Assembly: GCA_965637545.1 (NCBI GenBank)
Contig: OZ281499.1
Coordinates: forward strand, 16,306,001-16,370,000
Direction of reading: 5' to 3'
Source: Phallusia mammillata
Lineage: Eukaryota
Length of the DNA stretch: 64,000 bases
Positions 48,305 through 59,111 of this stretch are shown here, one piece after another. The translations under genes were made by a program, and so were the position numbers. A model generated the notes under the pieces. That model did no database searches. It saw only the letters and a program-made list of their open reading frames with translations, and was not told where the DNA came from. How positions within the stretch are numbered: position 1 is the first letter of the stretch; the number at the start of each line of letters is the position of its first letter.

Positions 48305-49591
48305 GTATGCAAACATTTGAACAACATTTAGGCTCTTGGGTCGTATTTCTACTATGCCAGCGTGAATTTGTTGTCGGTCTTTGTAGGGAATGTTCAAGCC
48401 TTAGGGAAGGCCTTTGTACAACGTGTGTTTAACCAAGCGTGACAAAAACACTTTAGGCTCAGCACACGTGTTATAAAATTACCTTACTACGTCACTTTTC
48501 GCTTTAATCTAATTCAGAATGGCTAAGTCGACACTTTCAATCCTTCAAAACAGCTAAGCTACACAGGTTAGGTAGAAGTTCTCTGAAAAACGTTTCTTGG
48601 AGTCCAGCTGATATAAAATGATTGACGATGCATTTGACACGAACGGGACTGCGTGGATACAGTCTTCAGAACTGTGATTCATTACACACTATCGGGTTAC
48701 GTTTCCAATTTAAAACTAATATACTGTTGAGTATATTTGATGGCGTATTATTTGTGGGTTATGGTCAATTCCGCACGGACCTATTACTCGTGTGTATATC
48801 ACTATGTGGTTTATGTACGACTAGAAAATTAAATTTGCCACGTTTGATATTGTACTATAGACGTACGATACATACAACGCATTGCAGTGTTTTTGTGGCA
48901 AATGACATGCCATTATACATCGGTACGACTTTGCAACTATGTGTCAGTGTCAAACGAATTTCTTTGTATCCCAACACATTCAGATGCCCGGAACAATTTA
49001 ACTCAGTCGTACCACAATAGCTCGATATCTAACGCGATTTTACAACCTTTGTACGGTTGAGCGAAAACATCTTAATGCTTCACACCCCTTGACTGACAAT
49101 CACAACAATACAAGCCAAAAAAACCACTTTACCTAGTATCTTTTAGACGTGCAAAAAATGGAAAATAGTTATTTTTGGACGAGTTATGCAGTTTAACTAT
49201 TTTGCGTGAATAGATCAAATAGGTGTGCACAAACACATTGAAGTTCTATCGTTTTTAAGCAGGGTGTATTCGTTGTCTGATATATTTTTGTGTCGACCAT
49301 GGTGTATATTCGATGTCTACCATACACAGGGTCAAATCGATACAAGTTCATTTCTGAATAAGTGCCAGATTTAAGAGCGTCACACCCTTTTATGACTCTT
49401 CGTTAAAGCTCACGTGACTCTAAAACACAAGACGTCACTGCTCTATTAAATCCTCGTGATGTCATTAATGAACTCTCAATGTCAAATCTAACACGTATGT
49501 TGATCAGTCAAGTGTTCAATTTGTGCTGCAACTGATATTGTGATTTGAATTTAATGAGTATTAACGAAGCCGTATATGGGTTTTGTTTCTA

Positions 49592-49742
49592 TGACGTCAC
49601 GAGTACTGCTTTTGTTCAAAATGGCGATAAAGTGTATTTTAATAAGGAGTTCCTAGCACGTTCTTGCGCTGTTAAGACTTTTCAGAGGGCTTTCGTATTT
49701 GAACAGATGACGTCACCCGTGTGTTACATCAGTGTGACGTCA
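49592..49742. promoter_or_regulatory. Homotypic CRE (TGACGTCA) cluster, candidate enhancer
   Basis: Three perfect palindromes at 49592-49599, 49708-49715 and 49735-49742. Nearby variants AGACGTCA (49430-49437) and TGATGTCA (49457-49464), and E-box CACGTG (49411-49416). Confidence 0.55.
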
Positions 49743-52700
49743 TGAGGATCACCTTTTATGGCACTTTGTCTCTTGACAAGGCCGGTTGGTGTTTGCCTCG
49801 CCGGCCGCAGTTTCTACAATGAAGCCAGGACAGTATGTATTTAGGTTTGTGGCTTTTCGATACTTTGGCCCTTATAATCAGCATCACATGCAGTATGTCA
49901 CGTAGCTCTTGCTATCCCATGTGCACTTGCCCTAATATTTCTGCTGAAAGCTAGCACATAACGACGTCCCGTACCATTAACACGCATTGAGACGACACCA
50001 CCTATTTGGTTTTAAAGTCCAACCCCAGAGTGTCAGACTGTTCGGTATCATTTTCGCTTTTTCGTTCCCATCCAAGCTAAACTTAAATCTGCTTAAAGTT
50101 TAGGGTTAGGCCTGGTTTTCGCTCGAGTTTTTTTGGTTCGGTTTTAATCCGATGAGAGACTGGTTAACGCAAGGCTTTGCGGGTGGTCGGTACTCCAGCA
50201 ATTTCAAGTGAAAGATAAACCGCATTAGAATAACTCCACAGCGTATCCCGCTGCATTACATATATATATACGCTGTCAAGCGAAGCTAATGGAACATTGC
50301 GTTCCATTCTATAGGCGCGAATTTGAACATTTTTAAAATTGCGTTTGCAAACGATAGTGATTTTAATTTTTTCAGATTTAACTATTTTTATGTACACACA
50401 AATTGAAACATGTTGCACAGATCTTGTTTTTTTACACTGTACCATATATGTCTTACTTTTAAACGAGTCCTGCAACGTAAAACACTTAGTCAAATTGCAT
50501 AGACTTGGGTAAAAATGAACGCGCCCTTGCAACGCAAGAACTACACACGAAATGTAGACACTGCAATATACCAAAACAGAACGCAATCCCCATGTAGCAA
50601 AGAAGCCGTAAATGTAGAGAATGTTGGCAACTGTAGGCTATAGCCGCAGTCTCAGCGAGTTGTCTTAACCCTGACCTAGCGTGAGCGCAATTGTGTGTAG
50701 GCATCACTGTGGTTAAAGAGCAATCTGGGCACGTTGTTAACACGAACTTGCCATATTTGTAAACCTGTCGAATAGAGTTACCTAAACTTCCCAAGCGCGA
50801 CGACTGGTTGACATTTCTGACGGTTTTTGACTCAACGTATGCTCAATGTTGAATGTGACTAGAACATGGGAAAGTCAATTGGTTAACATTGGAAGTTTAA
50901 CGTTTCTCCTTCTTCAAGTTTTGTACATAGGTAAAGTTTCGTTCATACTGATGTCAATGTCACAAATCTACTAGAACGCCTTTGACGATATCCTGCGGCC
51001 TAGTTATCGTACGGTGCATAGACAGTTTGTGTAGGGGTTAAATTTATTGTTGCATATGCTGTCGTTTTTTCTCGGACCCAGATCATCGTCACATGAGCTT
51101 TATATTCATAGGCACCCCTTTATCGTTGACGAACCCAGTACAGCCTTACACCGGATGGTTAAGTGTAAATATATGTCATAGGAGAATGAAAGGTTTATTG
51201 CCGATCAGAGTGCGAGTGAGTTACTGTTCTTTCGATATAGTCAGCCCACTTTTAACCGGAAAAACAAATCGTGACAGTTGGTACCTCCAGTCCTTTGCGG
51301 TATCGTACTTTGATCCAGTTAAATTTGAAATCAAGCGTCAAAAATAAACATGAAGTCAGAACCAGCTACGCCAAATCCCTGCGTAATTCAGATACTTACG
51401 ATTTTGATTGATACGCAAATGTTATTTCGCGTATGGAACACACACGCAGCTGTGGGGATTTATACACCCGGATTACGCGCTAAGTCGACTGTGGTCTTTT
51501 GTGCTTACTCTTCGCCATTTCTGCCTATCTGGTGTCAATTAACTGCCTGTTTTGGGCGAAGGTTGCATTTTTCTAGTAGTTCAAAGGCGTTTGCGGTTCT
51601 CCAGCAAATACGACCCACAATACACGACTTGTTTATAACAAAAATATAGCAAGCTAATATTGAGTTGAATCAAGTTTTTGTGCAAGTAGACTAGTGATTT
51701 TAACTTGGGAAAATGTTTGCAACCATTTTTAACATGATTATTATAAAAAAGTTTGTTGCCTTAAAAGGTACCGCCAATCTAAAGGTCAATGGTTTAGCTG
51801 CAATGCAAAGTTGATCTCGGATATGCGACCGGTTTAGTGGATTGAGTTGCTTGCCGTGTTATCCATACCAATTGCATTGAAACAAAATCCCAAAGAGATG
51901 AATCTCAAAAACCTTAGGCCGCTTTTGTGCGTTTTGCTTTGTAACATAGCTGTGATTGACTGCCTTTAATTTGTTTGCAAAAAGGCCTTAACTTTACGAA
52001 AACCTTATTCCGATTGCTTTTAAAACAAAGTCCTGTATGGTACAATTGCATCTGCATTTAAGCCATTTGAAAACAATTTACGGGTATCTGCTTGGGAAAC
52101 CTTTGCAATCCGCTTTGTAGAAGCAAAGTCATGCATGTGTAATGCTAATACCATTTTGACGAAATCCTTGCACTAAACAGATTGGCGGGCTGAAAGTCTG
52201 GTGGATTATTCGTTACATCTCCGTAGAGTTTGATCTCTTATGTCGTTTTGCGTGTGGTAAGGTAATACGTTCCTATACGGTATCAAAAACACGCGTATTA
52301 AAACTGCAAAAAAACTTGCTACATGGCGAGCGACTTTGGTCGGATCAGGCACACACAACAATTTACAATTATTGATTTTCTATTTGAATAAAGACCCAAA
52401 TTTGTTTCTTGTTGCAAAGCGTGTTTTGTTCAACATTTTTTCGGACTTGTATCTTTATGTTTTTAAACAAATGCCAAAATCAAACTTGCTTTGCTGCATA
52501 AACACAGTACACTAAAACAAAAACAATTTCTCATAATCGCAGCATTTGCAAGAGAGTTGCTAAGTTTGTGTGTGGTTTTGTGGCCTATTAAGTTTTGACA
52601 CTCGGTTCTCCGCGAGAGGTTAAGCCTATTTATTTCCTCAAAACGTTTTGCCGCTTTCGCCCACCTTTTACCGCAGTGCGAATGAAACCTAGTCAGGACG

Positions 52701-55700
52701 CCTTTAACCTTCATCACGGATCAGTTCCCACTAGAATCACTTGTTCCCTAACGAAATACCTCCCATGGTAAGTGACTTGGTGCTTTTAGTTTTTGAACGT
52801 GTTTTCTGGGGTTTCTGGGACAAGACAATAGCAACTGACAAGTCTGCACGTACACCGGAAGACAACGAAAGGCTTAGATTGGGTTTTTTGTTTAGGAATT
52901 AGGATAAAATGGATTCTTGAGTCGACTGGACCCTGGGAAAGCTGTAGTTATGCCCAGTGACCTTTGAAAAGACGCTTCGCGCGAAGACTAACTTACCTAC
53001 AAAAATAACTTAAATTAAAAAAAAAAACGGAAGCGTTAATGTTTTATTACATTTTCATTTTTGAATTTACTTATTCCTCATTGTCAAGTTAAACAAAAAA
53101 AACTGGCTTTAAACCTCTTAGGTACATGGTGTATCCTCATATTTACTCAAGTATTTGACATCTCTGGCCTATAACTAGCATTTGGTTGCATTACCAGTGC
53201 AGACAATACTTTACGAGGCGTGTATACTGAATAAATCCTCCCTTTCGACTTTTGTTGACCCAAGGAAACGCAGATTAAACACCCCTCCCGCCGCCGTCAA
53301 AGTCCTCAATCCACGAGTGGCTGAAACCAAGCACTCAAAATGATTAGTTCCCGCAAAACTTTGACGTTTATTGCAACCGAGCGTGAACACTAACCACTAA
53401 TGGCGACGATAATCAAACATCTGGAAAAGGTCCAAAGTATACCCCGGTTTGAAATTGCGTCCATTTGAGTGGGAACACGCTACGAAATTGCTCTCAATGG
53501 TCAACATTGTGTGGTAAACCGCCTTTGAACATGGCAAACATTGCCTGTCAAGTCGTAATGAGATCGTCAGTTTGGCGAAATCACTATTGGGTTGTATGAT
53601 CTAGCCCAGATTGTGTATGAAGCGAAATGTGAAGAATGTAATCATTAATCCCTGCGGTCGTTATATCTTTTGTTCCTTTTTCTTTTTCGCCTTTGAACCT
53701 GGGTTTATTTTATGCAGACAATAATCCTTTCTGAAAACGTCTGCAATATCGTTCCTGGATCGAAATTGTAAACATGAAGGAAAATTAAATTGGTCTGCGG
53801 TCTTTTTTCATGATGCTTGTCAAATTAAACATGGTGCGTGTTGGGCGTGAGGCTCAAAAAATTGAACACAGACTCTTAAAGGTGTCAACAGAGCTTTAAA
53901 TCGTTTTGCAGGTTTCCAAATAAAAAAATTCAACATCAATAAAATTCGATTGGCTATAAATGTGGTATTTTGTTACGAAGGTTTCAAGTTTAGTACGCAA
54001 CAACACAACCATCCCTTCAAACACAAATAAAAATCACAATTCTAAACAGTTAACGTGTTTTTTTAACATAAAGAAATCGTATTTGATGTTCAAAATATGT
54101 TGATAAAGGTAAATGCCAAAAATAGTTGCAGAGAACTTGTGGCGATCGGCAGTTAGCAATCCGTCTTTTATATGCTATCTTTAAAACCGCGTAGTTATGG
54201 TTAGATGCCGATTGCCAGGTGGCCACAAACGGCTTGAAAATGGCATTGCGTTGACGGTCAATTAGAAATCTGTCTAACGACGAGACAAAACGAAATTTCT
54301 GCGTATCAACTCAAAAACGTGACTTTAATGGCCACCATGCCGCTTCTACACTACATTCCTTGCATTTTTACGCCACGGTAGGCGTATCCAGTAACAAAAA
54401 GTGTCCTGAATGATCCATTCAATAAATATATTGAACTGGTTTAGTATTACGTTACACCGTAAACGCATTCGGGTCCCTTCAAAATCCTATTCATAGAATG
54501 CCAGTGTGTGTTAAAGGGCGGTTGCCCTACACCGGAACATGTAGCCAAATGTATATCAACCAGCTTCCTGGACAACGTTTCATAAACGTTTATTAATTCC
54601 GTGTTGATAGATCCTGGCTAAGCTTCGACGGTTGAATTGCTTTCTTTAGCTCGTCTTTCCGTCAATAGTGTTTATTACATTTTCCACGCACCATTAAGCG
54701 CAGTTCGTTTTAAATTGTTAAAAACCAGATAATGGTTTTCGTTGTTTACAAAATTCATGTACTCATAAACGCTCACTCAATTTTTTTGCAAGTAGTTGTT
54801 AGCGTTTTTGCATGAGTATTGCAACAATTTCCACGATGACTTCGTGCATTTCGCATTGGCGTTGGCGAAATGGCTCGCAACGGAATTTTTACCCGATACA
54901 AAAACGTTTTATGCACATTAAAAACGACCAAATAAAACTATAGGCCATTTTTCTTCGTTTTCATTTTTCTCAAAACTTACGAAAATGAAACAAATTTAGC
55001 CAATATTTTCTATCGTATTTCGAACACCACATCAATTTCCGTTAAAAAGGTAAATTTCCATTTATTTTAATGTTTCCTTAGTTAGTTTTTACAGTTGCGT
55101 CAAATACATCATTCAACAAGAGATAATTGACTTTAGTCGAGGCTCAAAATGTTCAATGTTTCGCATTAGGTTTTTGGTTTCGCTTAACGGCAACATTAGT
55201 CATGCACCAATATTTTGACCCAACAGCACGTTACTGCATACTGCTTGCTTGATTTTGAGATTGAGTTTCGAGTAAGAAACTTAAAGACCTTGTTTCCAGC
55301 AACCCAAATGAGGTTAGCTAAGGATCGTTAGGCGCAAGTCCACATCAAATTAGGAGGTGATTTTAGCTGCTAATTGCGCATCGGTAAAGTTTTGTGCTAC
55401 CTACGACTTCTAAAAAAAGTGTGTCACCTACTTTTGATGGATGTAGTGGAAAATTTGAGAGATCCGCCCCTTAAGCATGCCATTACATTCGCTGAATGTG
55501 ATACAAGACTTGACAAACTGGATATTTCCGAGCTAGACTCACTCTTATTTACTCGTTTACACTTAGTATTATTCCGAAAAAAAACATCAAATACGAGTTT
55601 GCGTGTTTCATTTTTTACCAACAGGTGGCCAACTCCGAAACGGTGACTGCAGGTTTGCCAACAGCACTGTTTGACTTTTAATTTGGATCATTTGAATGAA

Positions 55701-58700
55701 CTGTAAGCATGCACGAATATGACACATGAAAGAGATATTGGCCCACAAATGAAAATCAGATGTCTATTTTAACAGTGTGCAACGCGACTGAGCCATAGAC
55801 AAGTGGCAATGTAAAAGGAACGTAGGGATACCTTAGTTAAACTCAAGTGTGTTATGGTTTTCTCTAACAGTCAACGTCAAATTACCATTCATTTTAAAGC
55901 ATTTTGCGGTGATTTCAACTTTACCTAATACTTTGACAATAGAGTGCTTAACCAACACCAAATTACACACTACGTAACAAAGAATCCATATGAAGGCTGC
56001 AGAAACAGGCAGAACAGGTTAATGTAGTACTAAGGTCGGACGGAGGCACTATATGTTGCGTCTGTTCAGTCTACGTTTTGCGTAACTGTTGGTGATTGGC
56101 TGTCTGGGCAACACACCTCTTGGGGCGTACCACATATTGTATATAGTTCCCAAGTTTACGATTTAGTACAGTCTTAGGACAACGATGCTTGGTTCGGTAT
56201 ATGTATTTTGTTTTAATGCCCTAGCTTCCAAAACCCGATTGAAATATGTAAATTTTAGACACGATTTGAATGGGTAACGATGCATAGGTTTATCGAATTA
56301 AATTGGCTTTTTCATATTTTCTGACCTTTTTATCCATAGTTTTTACTTTCCGAGAAATGGAACTTGCGTCTTTTACGTGGAAATTTGCGGAATTTTGAAT
56401 TGACGTAGGGACCATCTCTTGCTTTGGGCCAAGCGGTGTGTGTGCGTACACATGTGGTCACAACGAATCATCAATCTAATTGAAGTTTTTCAAGTACTTT
56501 CTGTGTCAAAAACAGTATGTTGTATACCAATACTAAAAAACATGGCGTTAAAACCAATTGAACGAAGGTTTACTTTTTATGGAATGCAAAACTGTTGTAA
56601 AAGTTATTTGATGACACGCCAAACTTTTGTCTTTTCGTTACATTCCTAAAACTGTTGTTAACATAACAAACAGTCTAAACTTTGGCAAATGTTGCAATGT
56701 TTGTTCTGTTTTTCGTAATTCCAAAAAAGTGCCATCGATGTCCACCCGCGTAAAATAGTTCAAAATACCACAGACATTACAAGTCTGCATGGGGCGAGTC
56801 GAGGGTTGTGACCATCAACAAAAAATTGTCTAAACAACGTGTTGACGTCTGCGAAAATCAGGCGCTCTGTGTGGATAGGTGTTGACTGTTGACCCGTTGA
56901 TAGATTTGGTTCCATTTCCGGCTTTTGGGCCAATTTGGGTCCAAAGAATGATAAGAATCCATTAAGACGACTTTGCAACTGATAAAGTGTGAAAAATTGT
57001 TGAAGTTGTTTGTCGTTTGATGAGTCACTGATAAAACAATGACTCGCCACTTACTGTCCAAAGTCCCGGATGCAGTTAAAAGCTTCGAGATTTAATTTTA
57101 TCGGCTTTAAGTGCATTTCGGACTGCAAGCTGTCTCCGTAATTGACTTTCGTCTCTAAATCAAATGGTTTTACCAAAGTAATCAATCATTCATTTCAATT
57201 AGTGTTTGTTGATTTCGTTTTTACCCTCGGTGGCCAAAATAAACGTTTTAACAGGGTTAGATAGAATGAATCACCCTTAACTTGCTTGCTCCATTCTTTG
57301 CCTCGCATGAGTGTTGTGCATTTCAGTTCCAGTAATGAATATTTATTGTTTGTTAGTACAACAATTTTTGAAACCCTAAAACTGTTTGTTCGGTAAAATT
57401 TTCAGTCCCCAATTTATTTTCTATGTTAAACAGCAGATATGGCTGAATTACTTCCTATTTTGCATTCGGTCTTTTCGCAACGAAAATGTAATAAAAAAAA
57501 AACAACGTAAATACCAGAAAGTTAGTGTCGAAAAACGTTTCCACGAAACTCTAACGAAAAGCTGATTTTACCAAGTTAGGATCGAACGAAAGTGTGCCCT
57601 TGTTTTGTGAAGATTTAGACGTAGGTCGTTGGTTTGAATACGAGACACTCACAAATGATTGACACATTCCCTTGGCGTTAGAGCTGGCTCGCGTGAATTT
57701 GTTTGCTTAGTATTAATCCAGTTTGCTGGTCAGCTCTATAGCCGACTTAGCTGGGCTTAAAGTCTGGATATGCGCAGAAGTAGACCTCAAACGCGTTTGT
57801 TGACTTTGGCGGCTGCGTCAACACGTTTTCGCCGAACACGCGATTTTTTAGCGCCGATGTTCAGTGGCCTTTAGCCTTCAAACGGCTTTGGTTTAATCTT
57901 ACGTTTGTGGAAGATTTAAACTTTAAAGAACTTTTCCCAGTCTACATATTGTTTAGACCAGACTTTTAAACTCAAAACACATCATGCCGTTTAGTCGTTG
58001 GTAATATAACTTTTCCATTATAATTTTATATCAATGTGTGAAGATGTATTTGTTGCATCCTATCACGGCAAACATGATTCTAAACGCAGTTTCACTTTGG
58101 AAACATGTTTTCATGGTGCTGAATTGCAATGACTTATGTACTACTGAATCATTTGCTTTTTCGATTTACAAAGCACAAGCAAGACCACAATTTAAACTTC
58201 TGGTATCAACGACAAGTCACACTATGTTACGTGTTTGCAATATAAGAGGATTCGTCATCGAAGTACAGCAGATTTGTGCATTGAAACAAGAATTAAAATG
58301 ACACAAACTTGACTCGTGTCAGCGACAGCACGCGTCCTGTGGTTAGAAAACGTTAAGACTCGTGGCGCGGTACAGGCCACGTCAATGCCATGTGCGCAAT
58401 TCTTTTCATTGGTACTTTGTCACATCAGCACGCTTATCTAAGTTTTTTTCATGAACAATTTTATATGTACGTTTTAAATGTGATCAGACTGACCCCTGCA
58501 CTTTTTGTCTACGTTTTGGTTCATACTTGATTGTATTGCACCAAGTTTTGTAATTTGCATTTTTATCCTCAAATTTTTTCCAACCTGCAAACGTGTAGAA
58601 CAAAAGGTATATTTTTCTAATGTACATTTTTGGACTTAACCTGTTTGTCGGAGTTGCCGCGGTAGTCACATGTTCTTTTACTTCGTCACATGGCCATCAA

Positions 58701-59012
58701 ACCGTAACGTGTGGTAGTTGTGGTTGCTGAAGTGTTCGACTGCGGTTTCCAGTAAAACTGAAAACTTAACGCAACCACTAAAAGCACTGATTACGACGTC
58801 AGAACATGACCGTGGACCAACTAAATCAAGGTTATGAAGTTTGTATACGCGAAAAACATAACTTTGGAGTCATTCTCTACTTTTGACGTTTTCTCAATCC
58901 AGCTCGTTTTTTTGCTCTTTATAGTGATAACATGAAGCATAATTCCCCTTTGATTGTGGGATTTTCTTTAAATTGCTTTATGAATGGAACACCACATACG
59001 GATTTGTTTATA

Positions 59013-59111
59013 AGTTTAATGGTGAAAATAACGGTCCAGACGTAAAAACGTTTGAGAAATAAAGCATGCTGATTTTACGTCTATTTGGGCCGTTATTTTC
59101 ACCATTAAACT
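59013..59111. repeat. Near-perfect 99-bp foldback (inverted repeat)
   Basis: Left arm agtttaatggtgaaaataacggtccagacgtaaaa (59013-59047) pairs with right arm ttttacgtctatttgggccgttattttcaccattaaact (59073-59111) around a 25-nt spacer, with one mismatch and one small bulge. Confidence 0.9.

Noticed and set aside
50288-50308. Palindrome aatggaac-attgc-gttccatt resembling a steroid-receptor IR3 element
   Set aside because: A single imperfect instance with an 8-bp stem, compatible with chance.
53718-53767. Exon-like TIILSENVCNIVPGSK resembling the Wnt N-terminal CxxIPG motif
   Set aside because: The phase is incompatible with the orphan exon, it stops immediately afterwards, and no other Wnt motifs occur in the window.
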